Positions 1 through 12,079 of a stretch of DNA of 29,000 nucleotides are shown here, piece after piece; the first letter of the stretch is position 1; each line of letters opens with the position of its first letter. This DNA is from Takakia lepidozioides (lineage: Eukaryota > Plantae > Bryophyta). Position numbers and translations under genes: made by a program. The notes under the pieces are model-generated. The model saw only the letters and a program-made list of their open reading frames with translations. It did not search any database and had not been told where the DNA came from. Location of the stretch: NCBI GenBank assembly GCA_030704615.1, contig JAKLZA010000290.1:1-29000 (forward strand). Direction: 5' to 3'.

Positions 1-122
1 GGAGGGGATTGGATGGACTCTTGAGGCAATGCGTCACTCCAGAGGAGGTTCCCCAGATTATAGAGTCAGCTCATGACAGCGTGTGCGGAGGACACTTTGC
101 AGGGCAACTCATGGTGCAAAAG
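1..122 (+). pseudogene. Ty3/gypsy integrase fragment (N-terminal zinc-binding region), truncated by the DNA transposon
   Basis: Frame 3 reads RGLDGLLRQCVTPEEVPQIIESAHDSVCGGHFAGQLMVQK, the HxxxxGGH part of the HHCC integrase domain. It ends at the transposon TIR. The protein differs from the integrase at ~23300, so it is a different family. Confidence 0.85.
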
Positions 123-200
123 GGGGGTTTACTATTTCATGAGCAGAAACCATGAGCCATGAGCCATGAGCCGCATGAGCCGCATGAGCGGTGAGCCGAA
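123..200 (+). repeat. Left TIR plus subterminal tandem CATGAGC(C) repeats
   Basis: ctatttCATGAGCagaaacCATGAGCCATGAGCCATGAGCcgCATGAGCcgCATGAGC, mirrored in inverted orientation at 15309-15366. Confidence 0.9.
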
Positions 201-976
201 GTCTAAGATACGCGGATTTCATGAGCGGACTCCTCCAAATTTGGAAATGCGGCAGATTAAACAAGTATTAAAATAATAGTTTTTTATTTGACCTTGCAGC
301 CGTTTTTTGGACGTTCCAGATCATGTAATGCGGCGAAGATATGTCGTCAGTAACAAGTCCGCTCATGGTTTTATAGATCCGCTCATGGAAATAAGTGACC
401 GTGCAACGGGAAATCCAGTATACCACTGCAAAAGGACGTCGCATACTGGCCTGTATAGAGTATTCCGCGGTTTTACATGCCTTAACATTGGAATGAAGCT
501 GACCCTTTTGCCGCGATTGAACCAATGGAGTCTGCACCAATACAGTCTGCAGTACTTCACAATTCTGTCTTCTTCGGGTATTCGGCGGGAAAGGTTTGCA
601 ACTGAACTGGGAAATAGGGTGCCGCATTAGGGTTCGCACGTGCGAAATTTCGGAGCGGTTTGGTGTTGGCGAAGGCCGCCTCTGGGGGTACCTACGACGA
701 TACTTGGAAATTCGGCGCCGCATTTCCTTGTCGGAGGTCGAATGAGGAGAGCAAGTTTTCGGAAAGCAGAAAAACATGAACCCTCCAACATACAAAAATA
801 CATGCACGTGGAAACAAGTGAACGATATAGTAATATCTTAGTTCGATCAAAACAGGTTACTGGTAGGCAAGACATATGTCGGACCTTTCTGTGGCCAGAG
901 TCTGAGGTACTGGCAGCAGTACAGTTCTACTCCGAAAAGGATGGGCGTACCATTGTATGTGGACCGCAAGCCAAGC

Positions 977-3900
977 TCACTGGTCCCCTGGATCCATATT
1001 CAGAAGAGTGTGAACCTCCTGGGGGCTCAACCCTGGTGCATGTATGAAGTGATGAGTTGTGGAATTACAACGGAGTCTCTTTAGGTACACGTAGTACAAA
1101 TGCTTGCAAGGGCAGTATGATGCCCCTTGTTCGCCATGATCTGGAAGTCGGTGCAATTGCAGGTGGGTAATTCTGAAATGGTGATGGTGTACACCTCATT
1201 GCGAACAGCTGAGCCCGCCGTGGCCATCTGATACACACGCCCGAATCCTGGTGGGGGCACTTCTGTCGAGCTCTGGATTGTACAGTTCATCCGAAGTTTT
1301 CCCCCTTCACTTTGAGGGAGTCGCCGCCTCTTCGGTTTCCCCAACGGTGTGTAGATGCTTAGAGCTGTCGTGTCCCATTGTTCTTGCTCTCACAGGGGTC
1401 GGTGGTGGAGGCTGTGGAAGCGGAAATGGTTGTCTGGGGACGTCAGTGCGCTGCACCATCCGAAATCCTGCGGCGGTAAGGGCGTCGGCCTCAACCTGAC
1501 TCAGATCGCAGCCTGGTTCCACCGGCCACACCGGGGGAGCCTCTGGCATTGTTTGTATGCCGTACTTGGGCTTTCCATACACGCAAGTCATAATGTCGTG
1601 CCTGCAGAACCAGAACTGGGTGGTTGTCGCCTCCGCAAACTTTGCATGGACAAATCTTCCTGTAAAAGTAGGAGCAGGGACAGCCCCATCTGGATTCCTC
1701 CTTATCATCTCTAAACAACGTTGCCGTGTATCCACACGAATTGCGGAACACCTTCCTCGAAACGACGGCTTTGTGCGAGCAATTCTCCACTGTTGTGATG
1801 CAGACACAGTCGTCTCCACAATGGCTTGGCCATACTGCATAACAGCGGGCGGAATGTGGGGCAAGGGAGCGGTGGGAATTTGTTGCACGAAATCCCCGGT
1901 TGAAGGCGACGGCGATCTGGAATTTCTTGGGCTTCCACTGCTGGAAGACACATTGTGCGGCAACATGACGGGACCTCGAGGTGCTGTCCGAATGTTCCTG
2001 TCGGATCTCCAGGAATCCTCTTCGCACCCGGGTTCCTCTTCAATCCTCCGCCTGACAGGGCGAGTCCGGACGTCCCCCTCTAGGTGTTCACCTCTGCGGT
2101 GCAGAGGCGTCCCTTTGATCTTCTCTCGCAATGCTGTCGCCCATTTCACTGGATTCTTGGACCTCGAAGCTGTTCGTACCAACAATTCCTCCCTGTCCGG
2201 CCCAAAGCCCCATTGTTTGCCGCTCAGGAACTTGTAGTACGTGGCTTGCTGCATGATTGCTCTGTCGATGTCCTCCGTTGTGGCCGTCACTACGTCCACC
2301 AGATGTGCGGCAGAAGACGCTCGCCAGGAGGAGTGGACCGATTCTGCCATATTCGTGTTCGGCATGTCCGTGTCGGAATCCAAGCACCGCTCCTAGAAGG
2401 ACACAAACAATGGTGAGGGACCAATCGAAATGTCCGTAACAGAAAGACAAATGAACGAAATGACAGCAGCCTACCTCCCGCATGTACTGTCCGAACTGTC
2501 GATACCGAAAATGCCACCACCCCAACCAGCTGTGCAATGCTCCCAGATTGGTTGTCTCCACTGCACCTGACGTGTTCCACCAAGCCTCGATGATAGCAAA
2601 CTTAACCTCCGCGTCATCAAATGTGGGTGCATCCTTCCACGCCGTACAAAGGACACGGTGTTCAGCCTGGAATGAGCTAGCAACAAATTTGGTAGTGTAG
2701 TGGATAGACTCTGCATCCAATGGAATCCACAGGATCTCTCTTTCCCCTCCCATTGGAACATTGGGGTCCTCACCGTACACACGCCGCACCGCTGCCCAGT
2801 TGGCCTGAGCGTTGTCTGCCATGAATCCCCTGAAATTGGGCTCTGGCAATCCCGCCCTTGCCATCTGCTTTTATGCCCTCCCACAGATGCATCTCGGACT
2901 GTGTGTCCTCCCCTTTCATCTCGCAGATTGCAATCGTCATGAGCCTCTTGGAGTGATAGTCATAAACATGCGCACCCATAGTCACCCACTGATGGTTTGT
3001 AATTCGCTTGATGTGATCAAACATCACCCAAGCATTCGACAAGTTTCCAGTTGTCATGCGAGTGACCAAGTCGACTCCACTCCCAGGCCCACACGTCGAC
3101 ATTTTGAAAATGTAACAACGATCGGATTCGCTGCCTTGCCCTGGAAACCTGCTACCTTGGATGTAGTCATATCCAGTCATTCGTTTCACCTCCAGGATTG
3201 AGTACATGTCCGACCCCCTGCCGAACTCCTGCTTGCAAGATACGATGTGATTCCGCACATTCGGACTACAAACGTGCGAGACGGACTCCAAGAGGTCACG
3301 CATCTCGTCTTCGGTCAAGGGCTCTCGGTCGGAACCATCTTCAGACATGATTTTGCCAAGAGCAATCTTGTGGGCTGCCTTCAGCTGAATCTGCTTTGGT
3401 CTGGCTCCGGGGCTCAATTTCACCTCCTCTTTTATGATGTCGTGTGCTTCCTGCACAGCCTCACGCATGTTGCCTCTCGCCAAGGGGTGGCAGTGGACCC
3501 CAACGTGTATGCAAGCTCTAGTCAAGTCCGGGAGCAAATGGATTACGTAATATTGCTTGGCTCTGCACATGGACATGCACGTCGGTGGTTCTTTGCAATG
3601 TGCACACTTGAAAGAACCCGCAGGAGCTTGGCTGGAGACAATGAATGGATGATGCGTTGTGCCAGTCCAATCCGTCTCGTTTCTCCGCCCTCCTTTGGAG
3701 AGAAAGTGGAAGCAGGTGGGATTGAGGCACCTCAGCTTCCCCGCACAGAGGACATATCGTACACGAACACCATCAGCAATTTTCGTGCTACTGGTCTTCG
3801 TCACACACCAGGGGTGTCCGTCATGCTTTCGATCCATGTCTGTTAACATCCCGGAGGCTTTCTTTGACGAAGAAACAGGTGGAAACTCGAAGATGACATT

Positions 3901-4560
3901 GCCATCGACTTCGGGAGGCAGAAAAGTTACCTTTGACTGGGAATTTTGGCATAGTCGAGCAGCCAGCTCGGAGCGAGAACCATCGAGGTGATGTTGTCGT
4001 AGGAGCTGCACAATGGACCGGGTTGGAGTTATGCTCGAGGGCACATGCGTAGCACCTACAGAGACGTCCATGCCGGATTTGAACGACCGTGTGGAGGACA
4101 TGGGTACCTCAATGCAATCATCTTCCTCGTCGGAAATGTCGAATACGTCCACACGAGAAGCTATGGAGGGTCTTGACGGTCCAGGTCGGGAATGATTATC
4201 GTTGCATACCTCTCTGTTGGCAGTGGCCGCCTCTCGGTTTCCGGACTCCTTTGTGGATGGTGTGGGCAGCGACTGATTCGGAAAGGGAATGGGCATTCCC
4301 ACAGCTCGGTACAGGATGGTGTCTGACGGGGGAACGTGCCATTCGATTCCGCAACCTCCGTCGTTACCTAGCACGACAATGGTCTCGTCAACCTGTCCAG
4401 GAACATCCTTCCTTTCTTCTTCCAAATAAACTGTGCCCGGTTTGAGCTTGAATTTGGAACAAAGGTAAGTTTCAGTCACTCTGCAAAGTCCTCCCTCGTT
4501 TGGGATCCAGGCTCTCCCAAGTTGCGGAGGACAAACTATAGCGTAGGAATTCGGAGCCAT
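977..4560 (-). CDS. MULE-type DDE transposase with GCM-like zinc DNA-binding domain and C-terminal SWIM finger (one intron 2393-2474; several frameshifts)
   Basis: Joins ORFs 2770-5031, 2088-2864, 1307-2383 and 1081-1344. GCM/WRKY-like region DGHPW...CAGKLRCLNPTC...CAHC...C...HVGVHCHP (~3480-3830). D1 in MFDHIKR (~3017), D2 in FMADNAQA (~2815), CGFHW insertion motif (~2725), E in PNTNMAESVH (~2343) after a GT-AG intron that keeps frame. SWIM CNC...CPCKHLYYV (~1090-1165). Start codon uncertain (ATG 4560 assumed). Confidence 0.85.
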
Positions 4561-4968
4561 CGAACACCGCACGGAGTTGGCAAGTGCGAGGTTCAGTATA
4601 GCGACAGACCAAGGCTCACAGGCACCATGCTGCGGAGTCCATCGACGATTGGAAGTCGCACATTGAAGTGGAAAGTATTGTTTCAAGCTACATGCATGAA
4701 GGTGGGAGGTTTGATTCCATAGCCAGTGAGTATGACAATGATGGCCGATTCGGCGACGAAATAACATCTCCTGACAGTTTCTCCTGAGGGTGGATCCAGC
4801 AGTATTCTCGGTGCAGACAGGAACGTTCTGACAAGTGCCAGGACTGCTGGTTAAAACGGTCAGACACCAAGTTGTGCTCATCAAGACTGGCCGCAATTGT
4901 GTTGTTTCGGAACAATGCAACCCATTGAGGTTCCAGATTTCCCGTCCCCTTTCGATTGCTGGTGGACG

Positions 4969-6545
4969 GAAATACGGCGCCGCATTTCCGTATTGCATCT
5001 TGGTCATGCAAGAGCGACGGAAATGCGGCACCGAGTTTCCGTCCGGGGGAAACCTTTATACTCTCCAGAACGGAAATGCGGTAACGCATTTCCATCCAGC
5101 AAGCACGGTATGTGAAGGTGGAACGGAAATGCGGTAATTTCCGTTCTGATTGAGATTTATGAACAACGGGAACAGAAATGCGGCACCGCATTTCCGTCCG
5201 AGTCGCACTTTTCGACATTCCAGAACGGAAAGCGGCGCCGCATTTCCATTTTGTATCTGATGCATGGAGCTGAGGGATAGAAATGCTGCAGCACATTTCC
5301 GTCCTTAAAAGACATTCATACTCTCAGAACGGAAATGCGGTACCGCATTTTCATTCAACAAGCACGGTATGTGAAGGTGGAACGGAAATGCGGTACCGCA
5401 TTTCCGTTCTGATTGAGATTTATGAACAACGGGAACAGAAATGCGGCACCGCATTTCCGTCCGAGTCGCACTTTTCGACATTCCAGAACGGAAATGCGGC
5501 GCCGCATTTCCATTTTGTATCTGATGCATGGAGCCGAGTGCGATTCCGACAGCTTCATACAGCGCAATTCCGACCGCTTGAGACATTCATACTATCCAGA
5601 ACGGAAATGCGGCACGCATTTCCGTTCTGACTGAAAATCGTGAACCATCTGAACTGAAAATGCGGCTATTTCCATCCGAGTCGCACCCCCAACATTCCAG
5701 AACGGAAATGCGGTACCGCATTTCCGTTCTGACTGAAAATCGTGAACCATCGGAACTGAAATGCGGCATTTCCATCCGAGTCGCACCTCCCAACATTCCA
5801 GAACGGAATGTATTAGATTCAAAAGGGAAATGCGGCACCGCATTTCCGTTCTGATGAAATATCCTGAAATCGGAACTGAAATGCGGTACCGCATTTCCGT
5901 CGGAGTCGCACCTTCCGACATTCCAAAACGGAAATGCGGCGCCGCATTTCCGTTTTGTATGTGAGGCATGGAGCTGTGGAACGAAAATGCGGCACGGCAT
6001 TTCCGCCAGCGTCAGACGTTAATACTCGAACGGAAATGCGGTACCGCATTTCCATTCTGACTGAAAATCGTGCGCAACTGACGGGCACCCATTTCCAGTC
6101 GCACCTTCCGACATTCTAGAACGGAAATGCGGCGCCGCATTTCCGTTTTGTATATTGGGCCTGGAGCTGCTACGAAAATGTGTTGCCGCATTTCCATCCA
6201 TGTGAGACCTTCAAACTTTCCAGACCGGAAATGCGGCACCGCATTTCTGTCCAGGTGAGACCTCTATACTTTCCCGAACGGAAATGTGGCACGGCATTTC
6301 CATTCATCAACTAACGTATGTGAAGTGGGAACGGAAATGCGGCCGCAAAATTTCATTGTTGTGCCTCATTCCCGTCAATTTTTTGCGGCGCCATGAATCT
6401 GGAGCTGTGGGACGGAAATGCGGCACCGTATTTCCGTTCAACAACTAAGGTATGTGAAGGTGGAACGGAAAATTTTTTCTTCCAACAAGTACGGATGTGT
6501 AGCTTCGTGATGGTACTTAACGGAAATGCGGCGCCGCATTCGCAT
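4969..6545. repeat. Array of ~27 copies of the palindrome GAAATGCGGNNCCGCATTTC, ~53-bp period, in the divergent intergenic region
   Basis: Copies start at 4969, 5020, 5073, 5126, 5175, 5228, 5280, 5332, 5385, 5438, 5491, ... 5878, 5931, 5984, ... 6228, 6281, 6334. Spacers vary but recur; 5058-5270 is duplicated at 5318-5533. Confidence 0.95.
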
Positions 6546-7376
6546 TTTCGCTCCAACTCATCAGACGCTGGGACGGAAATGCCTTGAAATGTGAACACGT
6601 GGAGCAACGGAATTGCTGCACATGTCGGCACTCTATCTGACTGAAGGGGCATGAGGCGGCGCGGCCTGACCGTTGGATAATGATGTTTGTTTTTCGGACG
6701 GCAGGCGTACCCTCAACGATTCGAATTCGTAATGACGCAAACTCCACGAGGAGACACTTTCGTCCAACCCTTTCGAACCCAAGTGGTGCATCACCGCCGT
6801 TCATCTACTTTTGTCGTGTCTCCTCAGTCACCCCTCTCGCGCCCTTTCCATCTGCACTCTTTGCCCTTTTTTCCCTCTCTCTGTTCTTCTTATGCTCGAA
6901 CCTGAGAGGGGGGAGTTCGTGCACCAGACAGGAGACCTCGTCGCAAGCTCCGGAAATTATACTTCGGACGTAGGCCAATGCCGAAGGGGAGGAAGCAGAT
7001 GCGTCTACACAGGAGGAGATTGCCATCTCCGAGCAGCCCACTCAGGCAACCCAGCCACCAGTGAGAGCTCCATGATCGGGCTGCGCGCAGCTGATCGAGC
7101 ACCGAACCCCCCATTTTGCTTCTGTAATTCTTAGACTGAATGCTAGGAGACTTGAATGCAGAACATGTTTGCATGCCTAACAGGAAAGGTGGACGTGCTG
7201 GAGGGATCGCAGGAATCCGAAGAGCCGCAGGAAGAGTCCGAGGAGCTAGCTGCAGCACGTACACCCACCCGATCCCCGAGCGCGGGTATTCCTGCCGGGC
7301 TAGCCCTCTGCGATTCAAAGACGCGTCTTCGAAGGGCAAGTTCAAAGTCCCAGAGATCGACTCGCGTTCTTCGGTC

Positions 7377-10300
7377 ATGGAGAATCGCCAGCAGGGGTCG
7401 GGCCCCTGGATGCCAGCAGGTCGGGCCTTCTCCAGCAAAGTCGAAGAAGAAGCAGCCCGTCCCTCTACTGCTTCTGAACCGGCTCAGGCCGATTCACCCC
7501 CCCCAACGCGAATGAAGCAGCAGGGTAGAAGACAGATTCAATTGCAGCAGACACCTTCACCTGCAAGGATGAGGAAGCAGAAGGCAATCAGGGCGACGGG
7601 CGAACAATCTCCCGCAAAACCGCTTCCACGAGCTGAAGCTCAGTTCCTGGAGGATTTCCCGCCTGCAGATGTTGGGGCCGACTCTGCTGCAGCGAAGGCA
7701 ATGGGATCGACCGTTGATCTCGATTTGGTACCGGAGGAGGGTGCTGCCGCTCAACTTTCGCAGCAAGACCTCACCACCGATGAGCAAGCAGGCCCGGAGG
7801 AGGCCTCTGCAATGGCAGAATTGCCCGCACAGGCCCAGAGTGCAGCTCCAGTTGAGGATGCTCCAGCTGCTCAGCCACTACCGGCACCTACAGACATGTC
7901 TCCGGAGGATTTCAAAAAGTGCAGCGGATAAAATGTTGGAGGAGACACACAGTAGCATTGGCAGAGTTCTGGGCAGCAGGGTATTCCAGCGGACTCTTCG
8001 AATCCCACTCTGTCGCATGGTCTCCCTTCCCATCGTCAGGCAGGGCAGCCCTTCCCGGAGATGTGGATAAGCTCAAGTTCGCATTTCGAGAAGGGTACCG
8101 TCTGGGATCGGCAGCGTTTTACGTTTCCATTGAGAATGAGGGACGGCGAAACTCGTGGACCCACTGCCGATGAATTGTCAACGTGGGATACCCACTGGCA
8201 CACTCGCAACCACGAATTCGAGGCGACGCTGAAGGGTGATCCCGACTTCGGCCATATGTCGGGTAAAATGTTCTTTGTGTGGGACGGGAATCACCGACTT
8301 CTCGCCTGGTGGGAGTACACATCAAGCAGAACCATGCCAAGCACATTGGCTGGCATTACATGGTGGAGTGTGTCATCCTCAAGGTGAAGGCGGCAGACTC
8401 CTCCCTGCTCAAGAATGCCATGGCGGACCTCAACTCGTAAGATACTCATACCCTCCCTAGCACGTTCGAAATGCGGTGCCGCATTTCGGTTTCCATTCTG
8501 GTTTGTTTCCGTGCTTCGTGTACTGAACTGGAGAGTGTGCCTTGCAGGGTCACTGAGAATGCGTACGTGCATACCACACATGGCACATATGCTGTACAGG
8601 GTGAGGAAAACTGGTCTCACTGATCCGCAGATGTTTGCGGAATGCTGGAGCCCGAGCTCATTCAGAAAGCCGTTGCAAAAAACCAGACGGACATGGTATC
8701 GTCTCACTATGGATGGAATGGTGGAGGTGATATACGAAGTAAGTCGTCCTCCAATTTCCCTCTGCTCATCCTTCCCCAATTTTTCAGTAATGTTTCCACA
8801 TGAATCGAATGTAACGCTTCTGCATGTTTTTGTTGGCAGTCAAACATCAAGCTGGATTTGGCCCATGCCAAACGCTTCTTCATGGAAAGTGAGGGGCAGG
8901 TCAAAACGTTGCAGTCATTGACTGAGCACTTGAAGGAAGCCGGTGTCAAGTCCAGAACCAAATACAAGTCAAAGCTTGTGAAGCTGGTGGCAATTGCAGA
9001 TCCGGCACTTGGAAAGGACTTCATCCCCGAGATTGCAAAACACTATTCTCGGGCCATGCAGCCGACCATGCAATTGGAGAAACTGCATCACCTCTCAACG
9101 GCATGTGGAGGCGAAAGAGAAGGTGAGGTTTCAATGCACTGAAGTTCCTTCCTAGCAATAGCCACTCTCTTCCAGCTCCTGACATTGGATCGGAAATGGC
9201 AGACACGGTGGCTGTCGATCTGGAATGCATCGAGAGCATAAGGACAATGTGGGTCTTTCCACTGGAAGTTCCGACCCTGCAGTGGATGTGTGGCTCAACC
9301 GTATGACTTGGTGGTTCCAGGTAATTCAAGGTACTTCCCCAGATTTGCTTTTCTGATGAATTCCCTGAACTACGTGACAATGCATTTGGGAAATGGTAAT
9401 GTCGAATGCGAGGAGCAAGTCGTAATGCACACAAATTCGTTCGGCTTGTACGTCAAATGGGATGGAACACAGACATTGGAAGACTACGTGACACGTTTCA
9501 GATGTGCGTACAAGGACAACCTTTTCGCCAGAGAGCTACAGACAGCAAGAAGGAGCGTGGAGTTTACACATCAGGAGGGGGAGCGGGGAAAGCTGCAATG
9601 CGAATTGTTTACAGGTGAGCACAGCTGCCCTTGTATGCGAAGCCTGGTTACGAGGTTTGTCTCTCGGAAATGCGGGCACCGCATTCGCATTTTATGTTTT
9701 CGGTGGCACTCTGCCAGTAGGTTGGTCTCAACTTTTGCTCACGCATGCTGACTGCCTTGCAGGTATATGAAATACGTGCTCCTTCAGACAGGGGCCCTGG
9801 CTCAAGAGCCCCCCGTTCTTCATGGCTTGGACCGTGGCGGGCCCAAGCTGTGTCTACACACCCGAGATGCAGAAACAATGGCATCCCGCGCATCTCGTTG
9901 GATGCCCGTGGTACCTGGACATGTCTGGCGGTATTGTTGACGAGTCTGAGAAAGATCTGCACGCCTTGGCAGAAGAGAAGAGAAAGGAAAGACGTGTCCC
10001 TGCTGGGCCAAAGTCGGCAAAGGAATCTGCTGCTCTGGAAGAATCCAGAAAGGCAGCTGAGATGGCACAAAAGACGGTGGATGCAGCTGTGCAGGCCCAA
10101 CAGAAGGGGTCGAAGAAGAGGACTCGCCAGCAAGGAGCAGCTGTTGTGACACCCGCCAAAACGAAGAAGCAGAAACAGCCTGTTCAGGAAAGGGTGAGGA
10201 AGAGGACTCCGATGGAGACTTTGCAACCAGCCCACCCCCCCAAACGCAGGCTGCCTCCCCTGTGCCCACCGTTGTCACGAGAGGCACGAGAACTGGCTCG

Positions 10301-12079
10301 GCAAAGAAGGCACTCTTCAACCCCCCAGGGGGGCACCCTTTCGAGCCGGTGGAAATGAAGAGGCCGAAAGTGGCTCCCGAAACAGTAGTCCAGTGTGTAA
10401 ATGAGAGTTTCTTGGCGGCTTTGGATGGACGGGCAGCCAAGTTGGCATACATGAAGACCATGGAGGGTCTGAAGGGCAGAGCACTGAAGAAGGCGACTGC
10501 CGAAGAGCCTTCCGACACCCCAGGATTTCAGAATATGGTCTCGTTCTTTGAGAGGGTGTGTGCAGACAAGGATTGTAGGAGGGGCGGAAATGCCACCGAG
10601 TGGTCTTGCGATATGATCATCTTGGATATTCCGGACGGAGAGCCTGTGGAAGGACTGCAAGCTTTGCCATCTTGGAACAGGTACTCGGAGGACTTTTGGA
10701 AGAAAGGATTCGGGCTTGCCCGCATGGTGTTGGACGACAGAGGCTGTGTGGTTGTCCTGGCGAGCAGAGGAAAAAACACTCAGACAGGAATTGCGAAGTG
10801 GACCCGCAAGAGCGCCGTCCCGATTCTGAAAAAGAAGTGGACGTGCATCAACACACTGGGCCTTCGGTCGGAAGGGAAGAAGGTGATTACGACACTGGCA
10901 CTCGTCCATTCATTTGCTTGGGTGTTTTCAAATGCGGTGCCGCATTCGGTTTCTAATCGTTTTCCCCCTGTGTATGCAGACGAAGCAGTTCGATGCATAC
11001 TGCTTTGTGAAGGAGAACTCCACCTTTGCTTTCCGGAAGGAGGGAGGAAAGGTTGACCCGAACTGCGACCCACTCGATTACGACGTTCTGTTCAACAACG
11101 TTCCCAAGGAACTTCTCCCTCATAGCCTCACTTCAACGGAACCCCTGCGGTACTCACGGACTCGGAGCCCTGCCTTCATTCAGACAATTATGGAGACATG
11201 CACAGACGTGGAGGGCACAGTGCTCGACCTCATCTGTGGGACAGGTATGCAGAATCTTGATCTATGCTGTTCTGCAAATTCTCGTTAGGATGTAGTTCGC
11301 AACATCTGAAGCGCCATGTGGTAATGTGTGGATGGCATTGTAACAGGTGCCTCAATGTGGGCTGGGCGGTTTTCCGACCGGCACCTCTTTGCCTACGAGG
11401 AGGATTCATCCGTGTGGGGATCCCATCTGGAGGGGCTGCAACGGAATGTGAAGGCTCCCGACAGAGCGGAAGTCTCCTCGGATTCGTCGGAGTCCGAGGA
11501 AGACACAGTGGACATTGATGCGGAGGAGAACCCGGAATACGAGTGAGTGCAAACATTGTAAGTTTGCAAAGCCTTCTGGGTCATTTATGTCAAACGAATT
11601 TCCCGACTGTGGTTCTCATTAGTCTCGTTGATGATTGTCATGTGCAGGATTGCAGGGTCCGGGTCGAAACATGTAGGGCCTACACTTCCTGCCAGGAGAA
11701 TGTCCCGTTCTTTGCGAGGGCCGACTTCATGACGAGCCCGGTGAGGGACTACTCCCTTCCTAGTTATGCAGCTAAACTCGCAAATACAGCGATTAGAAGA
11801 AGTGAGAATCCCAGTAAAGTAGAGCAGATTTTGGAGAGGGCTAGGGAGGACAGAAGGATAAGGAAAGAGTTGGCAGCAGCTCAGACAGGTAGACGGGTAC
11901 GAAAGTACATATGTGATTCAGCGGATGAGAGCGACGCAGACAGGGAGGAAGACGACCCAACGGAGGTGAGATGGACAGTTCCGCAAGGGGAAGATGGGAT
12001 TTTCGAAAGCCTGGCCAACGAGCAGTCCGCTGGAGATGAGAAGGCACTGAGGGGGTGGAGGAGGAGCAGGACAGTCTAG
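7377..12079 (+). CDS. Multi-exon accessory gene: low-complexity N-terminus, ParB/Srx-like domain, C-terminal beta-class N4-cytosine/N6-adenine DNA methyltransferase-like domain (frameshifted)
   Basis: IPLCRMVSLPIVR...FFVWDGNHRLLAW (GxxRxxA, 8283-8309). Motif IV-like DMIILDIPDG (10625). Motif X/I RSPAFIQTIMETCTDVEGTVLDLICGT|GASMWAGRFSDRHLFAYEED. Predicted GT-AG introns 8437-8547, 8739-8839, 9615-9762, 10883-10979, 11245-11346 and possibly 11543-11655; splicing restores the motifs in frame. Start uncertain (frame open from 7140). Stop is 11546 if the last intron is not spliced. Confidence 0.75.

Noticed and set aside
60-122. CTCATG/CATGAG in both flanks as target-site preference
   Set aside because: Short 6-mers inside His/Met codons of retroelement coding sequence; one insertion cannot distinguish this from chance.
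268-1047. ORFs in the left subterminal region
   Set aside because: No recognisable motifs; overlapping frames in a region holding degenerate palindromes and the transposase 3' end.
4969-6545. CRISPR array (20-bp palindromic repeat with ~33-bp spacers)
   Set aside because: Spacers recur in higher-order duplications, repeats are degenerate and also dispersed in introns, there are no cas genes, and the context is eukaryotic.
4688-6652. Many short ORFs with MRxRIS / KCGxAF / NAxPHF motifs (also 12120-12935)
   Set aside because: They are translations of the palindrome in all six frames. The first ~155 aa of ORF 2770-5031 is probably also non-coding read-through.
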